64,000 nucleotides of DNA from Anaerolineae bacterium (GTDB lineage Bacteria > Chloroflexota > Anaerolineae > UBA3071): contig JARYMM010000013.1 of NCBI GenBank assembly GCA_029907105.1, forward strand, positions 3,433 to 67,432, in the 5' to 3' direction. Each line of letters begins with the position of its first letter. Within the stretch, counting starts at the first letter, position 1. The notes below the pieces were generated by a model. The model was not told where the DNA came from and searched no databases. It worked only from the letters and a program-made list of their open reading frames with translations. Shown one piece after another: positions 26,743 to 35,916 of this stretch. The translations under genes were made by a program, and so were the position numbers.

Positions 26743-27912
26743 TCATCGCCCGGATGTCGGTCTTGCCCCGATACGCCCATGCATCTGCAAGAGCTCCACC
26801 ACCCGGTCGAGGGGCAGTGCATAGCGCACATGCCCCTCGCGCCCCAGCATCGTCTCGGCCATGCACAGGGCGTTGATGATGGCCTCCTCCGTGGCCTCGA
26901 TGGCGGCCTGAAAAAGCCAGTTCAGGGCCTCGCAATCCTCAGCCAGCACGGTGAGGGTATGGGTGAGTAGGGGCGCAGGGCCCTGCGCCCTGGGCGCAAG
27001 GCCTTGCACCCTGGGTGCAAGGCCTTGCACCCCTACTGGAATGGTGGGGATTCGCTGAGCGGTGGAGAAAGCGATCACGAAGTCGCCGCTGCGGTGGGAG
27101 GCCACGGCGCCGGTGCGGGCCAGGCCCAGCGGGGCGCGGCGGGCCAGCCGCCCCAGTTGCCGGGCCTCCAGGGGGGCATCAGTGGCCAGCACCATGATGA
27201 TGGACCCGCCATCTGGCGTGGGATCGCCAGGCCAGTCGGCCAGGGCCCGGCCCACGGGCACCCCCTGGATCAACAGTTGCTGCCGCCGGCCGCAGTTGAG
27301 GCACACCAGCGCGCCTACGCTAAAGCCGCCGTGCTCTTCATCCAGCCGGCGTGAGCTGGTGCCGATGCCTCCCTTGAACTCGAAGCCACTCATGCCTGTG
27401 CCCGCGCCCACATTGCCTTCCGCCACCGGCCCCGCCTGGGCGTTCTCAATGGCTGCCCAGACCTGCTCCCATTGCACCGTGGGGGTGCGGGCGTCATTCA
27501 GATAGCCGTCGAAGCATTCGGCCACCAGCGGGCTGACCGTGCCTGCCTGGCGGCCCAGCGCCGGATTCTGTTCCAGCATCCAGCGCACCACAGCGTCGGC
27601 GACACGGCCCACGTCCAGCGTGCTGCACAGCAGCAGCGGCGTTTCCAGCGTGCCCACCTCCCGCACCTGCTCGAAGCCCATGGCCTTGCCATAGCCGTTC
27701 AGCGTATGCACGGCGGCGATGACCTTCTCCTGGAAGAGGTTACCATCGTGCGGCAGCACAGCGGTCACGCCCGTGCGCACGCTGTCCCCTTCGATCAACG
27801 TGACGTGGCCCACGCGCACGCCGGCCACATCGGTGATGGCGTTGAGTGGCCCTGGCGACAACAGCCCTGTCTCGATGCCCACTTCACGGGCCCGACAGCG
27901 ATGTCTCGTCAT
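26743..27912 (-). CDS. DmpA/P1-family (S58) aminopeptidase with a triple in-frame palindromic insert
   Basis: GPLNAITDVAGVRVGHVTL, NVGAGTGM, GGSIIMVLATDAPL (self-cleaving Gly-Ser context). The insert reads GVQGLAPRVQGLAPRAQGPAPLL. Confidence 0.8.
   Translation of the reverse strand: MTRHRCRAREVGIETGLLSPGPLNAITDVAGVRVGHVTLIEGDSVRTGVTAVLPHDGNLFQEKVIAAVHTLNGYGKAMGFEQVREVGTLETPLLLCSTLDVGRVADAVVRWMLEQNPALGRQAGTVSPLVAECFDGYLNDARTPTVQWEQVWAAIENAQAGPVAEGNVGAGTGMSGFEFKGGIGTSSRRLDEEHGGFSVGALVCLNCGRRQQLLIQGVPVGRALADWPGDPTPDGGSIIMVLATDAPLEARQLGRLARRAPLGLARTGAVASHRSGDFVIAFSTAQRIPTIPVGVQGLAPRVQGLAPRAQGPAPLLTHTLTVLAEDCEALNWLFQAAIEATEEAIINALCMAETMLGREGHVRYALPLDRVVELLQMHGRIGARPTSGR
26967..27036. repeat. Three tandem family A palindromic elements inside the DmpA CDS
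   Basis: gtaggggcgcagggccctgcgccctgggcgcaaggccttgcaccctgggtgcaaggccttgcacccctac. Confidence 0.9.
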
Positions 27913-27933
27913 CTCGTCTTCTCTCCATCAACA

Positions 27934-28031
27934 GTAGGGGCGGGTTTCCTGCCCCGTAGATAGGGTATCGCCGACGATTGTGGCGTGGGTAGCGAAGATC
28001 GCGCCGTCGAAACAGGCAAACCCGCCCCTAC
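27934..28031. repeat. Long inverted-repeat element with family B-like termini (gtaggggcgggtttcctg ... caggcaaacccgcccctac)
   Basis: Arms at 27934-27951 and 28013-28031. It lies between the ctp stop and the dmpA-like start, and the ctp stop codon TAG lies within the terminal GTAG. Confidence 0.7.
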
Positions 28032-29257
28032 ATCTCGATGGCACCGGAAAGCAGGATCTCCAGCGCCCGCTCGAGCTGCGGATCGCGGCCCGCTTCGGTG
28101 TCCTCGACGGTGAACTCCACCACCAGGTCAGGCATCAGCCCTTCGCCGTGAATGGCCCGATCGTGGGGCGTGAACCAATGGGCCGTGGTGAGCCGCAGCA
28201 GCGAACCGTCGCTGAGCGTGTAAGGCGTCTGCACCGAGCCTTTGCCGAAGGTGCGTTCGCCGACCAGCAGCCCGCGGCCGCTGTCCTGAATGGCCCCGGC
28301 CACGATCTCCGATGCGCTGGCCGAAGCGCCGTTCACCAACACCACCAGCGGCACATCCCCGATCAGCGGCCGGCCGCTGGCTCGATAATGCTTCTCACCC
28401 CCATCCTGCCAGCGCTCGATGAGAATGTCCCCTTCAGGCACGAAGAAGCTGGCCACATCCACCGCCGCGTCCAGCAGGCCGCCGGGATTGCCCCGCAGGT
28501 CGAAGATCAGTCCTCTGGGCTGCAACACCATCAGCGCCCGCAAAGCCGCCTGCACCTTGCCCGGTGCGGAGGCGGTGAACTCCATCAGACGCAGATAGGC
28601 GATGTCCCCCTCCAGTATCTTGCTCTGGACCACCGGCGTTTCGATGCGGGCACGCACCACCTCCACCTCAAACGGCTCAGGTTCACCGGCACGGCGGATC
28701 AGCAGGCGCACACGGGTGCCCTGGGGGCCGCGAATGAGGCTCACCGCTTCTCCCAGCGACATGCGGGTGACATCCTGCCCGTCCACGGCCAGGATCACGT
28801 CGCCACGTCGCAGGCCGGCTTTCCAGGCCGGTTGCCCCTCGAAGGGCTCGATGATGAGCACGCCGCCCTCAGGCCATTCGTTCACCGCGGCGCCAATGCC
28901 TTCGAAGCTGCCCTGCAGGTCTGCCGTCCACAGGGTTGCCTGCTCCGGCGTCAGGAAGGCGGTATGAGGGTCCCCGAGCAACTCCACCACGCCGCGAATA
29001 GCGCCGTAGGTCATCTCCCGCTCGTCGGGCAGGTCGCCGTAATAATCCCGTTGCAGCAGGTCCCACGCCTCCCAGAAGACGTCGAAAGGCTCGCCTGTCG
29101 GCGGCGCAGTGGAGGCCGTGGCCTCGCTCTGCGCAGTGTGGGTATAGACATCAGCCCTTCCTGTGCCGTAGCCCACGAAAAAGGCGGTTGCCGTAACCAT
29201 AGCCACCAGCAGGGCAGTGGCCGCCAGTCTGATCAATCTCCTTATCGTGTCCATCAC
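28028..29257 (-). CDS. ctpA: S41 C-terminal processing peptidase (PDZ plus S41 domains), copy 1
   Basis: N-terminal TM segment, PDZ (GDVILAVDGQDV), GLIFDLRGNPGG, LVNGASASASEI, GERTFGKGSVQ. Confidence 0.88.
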   Translation of the reverse strand: MMDTIRRLIRLAATALLVAMVTATAFFVGYGTGRADVYTHTAQSEATASTAPPTGEPFDVFWEAWDLLQRDYYGDLPDEREMTYGAIRGVVELLGDPHTAFLTPEQATLWTADLQGSFEGIGAAVNEWPEGGVLIIEPFEGQPAWKAGLRRGDVILAVDGQDVTRMSLGEAVSLIRGPQGTRVRLLIRRAGEPEPFEVEVVRARIETPVVQSKILEGDIAYLRLMEFTASAPGKVQAALRALMVLQPRGLIFDLRGNPGGLLDAAVDVASFFVPEGDILIERWQDGGEKHYRASGRPLIGDVPLVVLVNGASASASEIVAGAIQDSGRGLLVGERTFGKGSVQTPYTLSDGSLLRLTTAHWFTPHDRAIHGEGLMPDLVVEFTVEDTEAGRDPQLERALEILLSGAIEM

Positions 29258-29308
29258 CCGTTCACCTCGCCATCCATCTGCCTCTTGCCTCTTGCTTCTT
29301 GCCTCTTG

Positions 29309-30499
29309 CTAACTCGCCTGCTCTGCCAGGTAGGCGACGGCTCGCTCAAGCTGGGGATCCCGTCCGGCGGCCCTGTCCTCGTCCGTGAAGGGGACGACGT
29401 CGTCCGGCGTGAGCCCCTGGCCGTCAATCTGATGGCGGTGGGGGGTCAGCCAGCGCGCCACGGTCACGTGCAGGGAGGAGCCGTCGCTGAGGTCATGCAC
29501 GTTCTGCACGGAGCCTTTGCCGAAGGTCTGTTCGCCGATGATGCGGGCGCGGCCGTGGTCCTGCAGGGCGCCGGCGATGATCTCGGCGCCGCTGGCTGTG
29601 GCGGCGTCCACCAGGACGGCCAGCGGCCAGTCCAGGGCCAGGCCGCTGCGGGCGGCGTAGTAGGGCTTCTCCTGGCCGTCCTTGCGCTGCTCGTACAGCA
29701 CCACGCCGCCGGGCAGGAACTGGCTGGCCACATCCACCGAAGCCAGCAGGGCGCCGCCGGGATTGTGGCGCAGGTCGAGGATCAGGCGGGCTGCCCCTTG
29801 CTGGCGCAGGTCACGCAGGGCATCCTTCAGTTCGTCAGGAGTGCGCTCGCCGATGAGACGGATGGCTACGTAGCCGGCCTTCGGGTCCTGCTCCAGCAGG
29901 CGGTATTCGACGGTGGGCAGCTCGATCGTCTGCCGTTCGATCTCGAACTCCAACGGTTCGGCCAGGCCGGCCCGGCGAAGGGTCAGCCTGACCGTGCTGC
30001 CCACGGGCCCTCGGATTAAGGCCACCACCTGCTCCGGGGTCATGCCGCCGACCTCCTGGCCGTCCACGGCGACGACGACGTCGCCTTCCTGGATGCCGGC
30101 CTGTGCTGCCGGCGAATCTTTCATCGGCGTGAGCACGATGTGGCCTTCCTCGTCCAGGCCCACCCAGGCTCCGATGCCGCCGAACTCTCCCCGCAACTCG
30201 TCTCGCTCCAGCTCCCGTGGCTGCGGCTCGACGAAAATGGTATAGGGGTCATTGAAGGTGGCCACCATGCCGTGCGTAGCGCCGTAGGCCCGCTGCACGG
30301 CGGAGGGCTTCTCGCCCAGGAATTCGTCGTCCAGGAGGTGCCACGCTTCCCAGAACACCTTCAGGTTTTGGGCCTCTGCCGTGCTGGGCTGAGTGCGGGC
30401 GCGATCTAGAAGCCAGCAGGTGCCGAAACCGGCCAGATAGGTGCCGCAAAGCAAAGCAGCGGCCAGGAAAAGCCCCAGGAGGAGGCGAGAGATGCGCAT
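29309..30499 (-). CDS. ctpA: S41 C-terminal processing peptidase, copy 2 (tandem paralog)
   Basis: Same architecture: GDVVVAVDGQEV, LILDLRHNPGG, LVDAATASGAEI, GEQTFGKGSVQ. Confidence 0.88.
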   Translation of the reverse strand: MRISRLLLGLFLAAALLCGTYLAGFGTCWLLDRARTQPSTAEAQNLKVFWEAWHLLDDEFLGEKPSAVQRAYGATHGMVATFNDPYTIFVEPQPRELERDELRGEFGGIGAWVGLDEEGHIVLTPMKDSPAAQAGIQEGDVVVAVDGQEVGGMTPEQVVALIRGPVGSTVRLTLRRAGLAEPLEFEIERQTIELPTVEYRLLEQDPKAGYVAIRLIGERTPDELKDALRDLRQQGAARLILDLRHNPGGALLASVDVASQFLPGGVVLYEQRKDGQEKPYYAARSGLALDWPLAVLVDAATASGAEIIAGALQDHGRARIIGEQTFGKGSVQNVHDLSDGSSLHVTVARWLTPHRHQIDGQGLTPDDVVPFTDEDRAAGRDPQLERAVAYLAEQAS

Positions 30500-30857
30500 A
30501 AACTGCTCCCGTTATCACTTAACATAATATAAGTTATGCACGGAGACATCGGGCGGCAGACCGCCGGATGACCGCCTACAACGCCGTGCGCTGCGATTGT
30601 AGCACACAAGGGGTACGCTGGCAAATGATTTGGGTCACCAAGGCGCAGCGTGGGGGTTGGCCGTAGCTGAAAGCCGGCGACCCTCTCCCCCGCAGGGCCC
30701 ATTCTTGTCTTTATGTCAAAAAAGTGCTGGCCGGAAGGGCATAGATAACATAACAGACATAGTATTAAGATTCGGGGCGCACGGCCGTGCGCCCCTACAC
30801 GGCAAGCATCCGGCCGCGTCGGTCACAGCGCTGGCTTTGTTTACCTGTTCACCCCTG

Positions 30858-30886
30858 TTGCCAAAGCAGCGAAATAGTGCTAGAAT
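30858..30886 (+). promoter_or_regulatory. Sigma70-like promoter for the LysE-family gene
   Basis: TTGCCA, 17 nt, TAGAAT. This placement argues for the ATG at 30905 (SD aggtga) rather than 30887. Confidence 0.45.
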
Positions 30887-30904
30887 ATGGCCCAGGTGAA
30901 GATT

Positions 30905-31519
30905 ATGATGCCATTGCTGGCCTTCCTGCTCAGTGTTGCTCTCATCTCCCTATCCGGCGTGATGATGCCGGGGCCGGTGTTCGCCGTCACCGTGGCCAGG
31001 GGGCAGCGCTCGCCCTACGCCGGCGCCCTGGTCGCCGTCGGCCACGGCATCATCGAGTTCCCGCTGATGTTTCTGGTCTACTACGGCTTCGCCGGCTTCC
31101 TCAAGCAGCAGACGGTGCAGGCTGTCATCGGCATCGTCGGCGGGCTGATGCTGGTGTGGATGGGCTACGGCATGATCCGCAGCGGCCAGCAGCAGACGAC
31201 AACGACAGACGGCAGCGTCCGGCTCGGCCCCGTGGCCGCTGGCCTGGCCGCCACGGGCGCCAACCCCTACTTCTTCCTCTGGTGGGCCACCGTCGGCGCC
31301 TTGCTCATCTCCCGCTCGCTGGCTTTCGGCCTGATCGGCTTCCTGCTCTTCGCCGTGACCCACTGGCTGTGCGACCTGGGTTGGGACACGCTGGTCTCCT
31401 TCGTCACCTACCGCAGCCGCAGGCTGTGGACACCGCTGGTGCACCGCGTCGTCTTCACCACCTGCGGCCTCATGCTCGCCGGGTTCGGCGTCTATTTCGC
31501 CCTCAGCGCATGGGGGTAA
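30905..31519 (+). CDS. LysE/RhtB-family amino-acid exporter
   Basis: About 6 TM segments, with an N-terminal MPGPVF motif and a central GANPYFFLWW. Confidence 0.7.
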   Translation: MMPLLAFLLSVALISLSGVMMPGPVFAVTVARGQRSPYAGALVAVGHGIIEFPLMFLVYYGFAGFLKQQTVQAVIGIVGGLMLVWMGYGMIRSGQQQTTTTDGSVRLGPVAAGLAATGANPYFFLWWATVGALLISRSLAFGLIGFLLFAVTHWLCDLGWDTLVSFVTYRSRRLWTPLVHRVVFTTCGLMLAGFGVYFALSAWG

Positions 31520-31523
31520 CAGC

Positions 31524-32657
31524 ATGTCCCTTCGCCGAACCCTGGCCATTGCCCGCAAAGAGTTGCGCCATATCGTGCGCGATCCTCGCCTCCTCTTCCT
31601 GGTCACCATCGCCCCCACCCTGCTGGCGCTCACTTTCTCTTATGTCTTCTCCTTTGATGTGCAACAGGCGGCCCTAGCCGTGCTCGACCTGGACAGGAGT
31701 GCCCTCTCCCGCCAGTTGCTCAGCCATCTCACGGCCGACGGCGACTTCTGGGTGCACAGTTACGTCTCCAGCTTCGCCGAGATAGACGAGTTGCTCCTGC
31801 GCGGCGCGGTGGAGGCTGCCCTGGTCATCCCGCCTGGCTTCGATAGGGACATCCGCCGCGGCCGCCCGGTAGGGGCGCAAAGCCTTGCGCCCCTACTCCT
31901 CATCGTGGAGGGCATGGACACCATCGAGGCCCGGCAGAACGCCGGCTATCTGGAGGCGCGCGTCGCCGCTTTCGCTGCCGCCGTGCCCGCGCCGGACTCC
32001 AGCCAATCCCCTGCCCCTCGCCTGGAGGTGCGCAGCCGCGCCTGGTACAACCCCACCCTCAAGTCCCTGCTCAGCATGGTCCCCGCCCTGGTGGCCGTGG
32101 TGCTGCAGATGCCTGCCCTGGCCCTGGCCCTGGCTTTGAGCCGGGAAAAGGAATCCGGCTCCTTCGAGAGCCTGATCACCACCCCTGTGCGCGGCGTCGA
32201 ATACCTCCTGGGCAAACTCTCCGCCTATATCGCCAGCGGCCTGTTCAGCGCTTTCCTGACCCTGGCCGTGGCCGTGTTCTGGTTCCATGTGCCCTTCCGG
32301 GGCAACCTGGGACTCTTTTTCCTGCTCAGCACCGTGTTCTTCCTGGCCAGCATGGGCCTGGGCTTGCTGGTGGGCAACTTCGTCTCCAGCCAGCAGACGG
32401 CCATGGTCATCATGATGCTCGTCATTTTCATTCCCAGCTTCTTTCTCTCCGGCCTGCTGCTGCCCGTGGATCGCACCTCGCCCTGGGCGCAGATCAGTGG
32501 CTTGAGCCTGCCCGCCACTCACTTCATCCATATCTGCCGTAGCCTGTTCCTCAAGGGGGTAGGCCTGGCTGAGCTGTGGCCCTCGGCAACCTGGCTGGCC
32601 GTCATGGGCATTGGTTTGCTCGTGTTCAACATCCTGCTCTTCCGCAAGCGAGCCTGA
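31524..32657 (+). CDS. ABC-2 type transporter permease, copy 1
   Basis: N-terminal IARKELRHIVRDPRLLF, a large extracytoplasmic loop, then 5 C-terminal TM segments. An in-frame palindromic insert PVGAQSLAPLL lies at 31869-31896. Confidence 0.8.
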   Translation: MSLRRTLAIARKELRHIVRDPRLLFLVTIAPTLLALTFSYVFSFDVQQAALAVLDLDRSALSRQLLSHLTADGDFWVHSYVSSFAEIDELLLRGAVEAALVIPPGFDRDIRRGRPVGAQSLAPLLLIVEGMDTIEARQNAGYLEARVAAFAAAVPAPDSSQSPAPRLEVRSRAWYNPTLKSLLSMVPALVAVVLQMPALALALALSREKESGSFESLITTPVRGVEYLLGKLSAYIASGLFSAFLTLAVAVFWFHVPFRGNLGLFFLLSTVFFLASMGLGLLVGNFVSSQQTAMVIMMLVIFIPSFFLSGLLLPVDRTSPWAQISGLSLPATHFIHICRSLFLKGVGLAELWPSATWLAVMGIGLLVFNILLFRKRA

Positions 32658-32662
32658 AAAGC

Positions 32663-33781
32663 ATGTGGCAACGCATCGGTAACCTGATCGGCAAGGAATT
32701 CATCCAGATCCGCCGCGACCGCCTGTTGATCGCCTTCCTCATCCTGGCACCGGTGCTACAGCTTTCCCTGCTGGCCCAGGCCACCAGCCAGGGCGTCCGC
32801 GAGCGTCCCCTGGCTGTGCTCGACCTGGATCATAGCGCCTTCAGCCGCCGCCTCGTCGCCGCCCTGGAGAACACGGAAACGCTCGCCGTCTGCTGCGCGC
32901 CGGCCTCTCAGCGCGAGGTGCAGAGCCTGCTCGATCGTGGGCAGGCTGAGCTGGCCCTGGTCATTCCCGCCGGTTTCGCCGATCGGCTGCTGGACGGCGA
33001 TGCCCCGGCTCAGGTGCAGTTCATCGCCGATGGCAGCAACAACGTGGCCGCCTTCGCCGCCCTGAGCGCGGCCGAGGGGGCTGTCGCCCGCTTTGCCCGC
33101 GATCTGGCCGCTGGATACGGCGTGTCTTCGTCGTCGTCACCTGTGGACCTGCGCGTCATCATCCGTTACAACCCCACACTCAACTCTCGCCACTACACCA
33201 TCCCGGCGCAGGTGGGCTTCATCGTCTACCAGGTGACCCTGGCCGTGGCCGCCGTCAGCCTGGCCCGCGAGCGGGAAATGGGCACGCTGGAGCAGTTGAT
33301 CATCGCTCCCTTGCGCCGCCCCGAGATCATCATCGGCAAAGCCGCAGCCCCTATGCTCGTCGGCTGTCTGGATTTCGCCTTCATGCTGGCCATCGCCATC
33401 CTGGTCTTTGAGGTGCCCATGCGCGGCTCGCTGCTGTTGCTGGCTGCGCTCACGGTGCTCTTCGTCATCGCCGAGACGGCCTGGGGGCTGATGATCTCCA
33501 CCGTGGCCCGTACACAGCAGCAGGCTGTGCTTTTCGTCTTCGTCCAGGCCATGCTCGACATGACCTTTTCCGGCTATCTGGTGCCGGTGGATAACCTGCC
33601 CCTGCTTCTGCGCGCCGTCTCCAACCTGGTGCCCATGCGCCATTACCTGACCGTGATCCGCAGCATCATGCTCAAGGCGGCCACTGCCCAGGTATTGTGG
33701 CCGCACATCCTGGCCCTGGCCGCGTTGGGCCTGGCCCTGTCCACCCTGGCCGCCCTCAACGTCAGCCGCCGTCTGGACTAA
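32663..33781 (+). CDS. ABC-2 type transporter permease, copy 2
   Basis: MWQRIGNLIGKEFIQIRRDRLLI start with the same topology as copy 1. Start set at the ATG at 32663. Confidence 0.8.
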   Translation: MWQRIGNLIGKEFIQIRRDRLLIAFLILAPVLQLSLLAQATSQGVRERPLAVLDLDHSAFSRRLVAALENTETLAVCCAPASQREVQSLLDRGQAELALVIPAGFADRLLDGDAPAQVQFIADGSNNVAAFAALSAAEGAVARFARDLAAGYGVSSSSSPVDLRVIIRYNPTLNSRHYTIPAQVGFIVYQVTLAVAAVSLAREREMGTLEQLIIAPLRRPEIIIGKAAAPMLVGCLDFAFMLAIAILVFEVPMRGSLLLLAALTVLFVIAETAWGLMISTVARTQQQAVLFVFVQAMLDMTFSGYLVPVDNLPLLLRAVSNLVPMRHYLTVIRSIMLKAATAQVLWPHILALAALGLALSTLAALNVSRRLD

Positions 33782-33855
33782 ATGAAACGAGGCAACAAGC
33801 CGGTTTCTTGGAGAAAGTTGAGGGCCTCTCAAAGTGCGCAGAAAGGGAGAATGAC

Positions 33856-34008
33856 ATGAACAAACAGGTGCTGGTGGCTTATGCCACGAAGTATGGCGCG
33901 ACGGCAGAGATTGCCGCGAAAATCGGCGGGGTGCTCCGCCAGGCCGGTCTTTCTGCCGACGTGTTGCCCGCCGATCGCTGCGCAAGCCGGACTGCCAGGG
34001 CAATTTGA
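33856..34008 (+). pseudogene. Remnant of a flavodoxin-domain (HemG-like) gene, only ~40 N-terminal codons conserved
   Basis: MNKQVLVAYATKYGATAEIAAKIGGVLRQAGLSADVLPAD matches the start of ~170-aa flavodoxin-like proteins, then reads through 9 unrelated codons and stops at aa 50. The pstS promoter overlaps its 3' end. Confidence 0.55.
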
Positions 34009-34032
34009 CTCCTGCGGCGCATTTGATAAAAT
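34005..34032 (+). promoter_or_regulatory. Sigma70-like promoter of the pst operon
   Basis: TTGACT, 16 nt, TAAAAT, about 50 nt upstream of the pstS ATG. Confidence 0.45.
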
Positions 34033-34079
34033 GTGGCCAACGCCAGCAAGGTGAAAGCGCCGTGGAGCATTCCCTTCCC

Positions 34080-35006
34080 ATGCAGTATCCCTGCTCTCCT
34101 GCTCGTGACCGCGCGTGCCTTTGCCACCCGGCACTCGTTTTGCGGCTCTGCCTCCTCCTGCTCAGCCTGGCCTGGCTGGCGGCGGGATGCGCCGGGCAAT
34201 CAGCATCGTCCGCGGCCGCCGCGCCCACCCGGACCATCGAGAACAAAGGCTCCGATACCCTGGTCAACCTGGCCCTGGCCTGGGCCGAGGCGTACATGGA
34301 GCAACACCCCGACGCGCGCATCTCCGTCACCGGCGGCGGCTCGGGCACGGGCATCGCCGCCATGATCAACGGCACGGTGGACATCGCCAACGCCTCGCGG
34401 GCCATGAAGCCAGAAGAGATCGCCGCCGCCGAGGCCAATGGCATCTCCCCCGTGGAATTCGTCGTCGCCCGCGACGCCATCGCCGTCGTCGTCCATCCCT
34501 CCAACCCCGTGGACGGGCTGACCCTCCAGCAGATCTCTGACATATACACCGGTCGCATCGCCAACTGGCGGGAGGTGGGCGGCGAGGACCGCCCCATCGT
34601 GCTTCTGTCCCGCGAATCGAATTCTGGTACTTATGTCTACTTCTTGGAGAACGTCATCCGGCTGGGGGACGCGAAGAGCCCCCTGCTCTTCTCACCTGAT
34701 ACCCTGCTCATGCCCTCGTCCGAGGGCATCAGCGCCGAGGTGCGCCAGAATCCCAATGCCATCGGCTACGACGGCCTGGGCTATGTGACGCCTGACCAGA
34801 AGGTGCTCGCCGTGGCCCGTGATGCCGGCAGCCCTTACGTGCTGCCCTCTGTGGAGACGGTCAACGACGGGTCGTACCCCATTTCCCGTCCCCTCTATAT
34901 GTACACTGCCGGCGAACCAGGCGGAGAGATCAAGGCCTATCTGGATTGGATCCTGAGCGATGGGCAGGCTCTGGTGCCAAAACTGGGCTTCGTGCCGCTG
35001 AGGTAA
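34080..35006 (+). CDS. pstS: Phosphate ABC transporter substrate-binding lipoprotein PstS
   Basis: Lipobox LAAGC, GSDTLVNLA, GGGSGTGIAA, ANASRAMK. An alternative TTG start at 34140 gives a cleaner signal peptide (MRLCLLLLSLAWLAAGC). Confidence 0.88.
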   Translation: MQYPCSPARDRACLCHPALVLRLCLLLLSLAWLAAGCAGQSASSAAAAPTRTIENKGSDTLVNLALAWAEAYMEQHPDARISVTGGGSGTGIAAMINGTVDIANASRAMKPEEIAAAEANGISPVEFVVARDAIAVVVHPSNPVDGLTLQQISDIYTGRIANWREVGGEDRPIVLLSRESNSGTYVYFLENVIRLGDAKSPLLFSPDTLLMPSSEGISAEVRQNPNAIGYDGLGYVTPDQKVLAVARDAGSPYVLPSVETVNDGSYPISRPLYMYTAGEPGGEIKAYLDWILSDGQALVPKLGFVPLR

Positions 35007-35019
35007 TGGTACATTCGAT

Positions 35020-35916
35020 ATGAACCAGCCACAACGCTTCCGCTGGGCCGAATTCACCATCGAAGCCCTCATCCGCGTGCTGGGTTTCTCCACCATCGGC
35101 TTCGTGCTGCTCATCTTCCTCTTTCTGCTGCGGGAGGGCCTGCCCACTTTCTTCGAGGTGCCCCTGGGCAACCTGTTCGGCACCCGCTGGTATCCCACCT
35201 TCGACCTGTTCGGCACGCTGCCGCTCATCCTGGGCTCGGCTCTGGTCACGCTGACCGCTATTGTCATCGCCCTGCCCCTGGGCGTGGCCACGGCGGTCTT
35301 CGTACGCGAGGTGGCACCAGGCTGGGCCCGCGAGCTGCTCAAGCCGATGATTGAGGTGCTGGCCGGCATCCCCTCTGTGGTGCTGGGCTTCTTCGGCATG
35401 ACCGTGATCGCCCCTCTTGTCCGCCAGACCCTGGGGGCGCCCACCGGGCTGACCGCCTTCACCGGAGCGCTCATCCTGGCCTATATGTCCTTGCCCACCC
35501 TCATCAGTGTGGCCGAGGACGCCCTGGACGCTGTGCCCAAGAGCTATCGCGATGCAGGGCTGGCCATGGGCGCCACCCAATGGCAGACCATCTGGCGCGT
35601 GGTGGTGCCGGCGGCGCGGTCGGGCATCGTCACCGCCGTGATGCTGGGCCTGGGGCGGGCCATCGGCGAGACCATGGCTGTGATGATGGTCACCGGCAAC
35701 GCCGCCCGCCTGCCCCTTACCCTTGACTCGCTCTTCCGCCCCGTGCGCACCATGACCGCCACCATCGCCGCTGAGATGGGCGAGGTGGCTCAGGGCAGCG
35801 TCCACTATCATGCCCTCTTTGCCATCGGCATTATCCTTTTCCTGATGACCTTTCTCATCAACCTGGCGGCGGCCTTGACCATCTTCCAGAAGCGGCGGCG
35901 GGGAGGGCTGCGCTGA
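35020..35916 (+). CDS. pstC: Phosphate ABC transporter permease PstC
   Basis: 298 aa, 6 TM segments, EAA-like loop SVAEDALDAVPKSYRDAGLAMGAT. Confidence 0.9.
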   Translation: MNQPQRFRWAEFTIEALIRVLGFSTIGFVLLIFLFLLREGLPTFFEVPLGNLFGTRWYPTFDLFGTLPLILGSALVTLTAIVIALPLGVATAVFVREVAPGWARELLKPMIEVLAGIPSVVLGFFGMTVIAPLVRQTLGAPTGLTAFTGALILAYMSLPTLISVAEDALDAVPKSYRDAGLAMGATQWQTIWRVVVPAARSGIVTAVMLGLGRAIGETMAVMMVTGNAARLPLTLDSLFRPVRTMTATIAAEMGEVAQGSVHYHALFAIGIILFLMTFLINLAAALTIFQKRRRGGLR

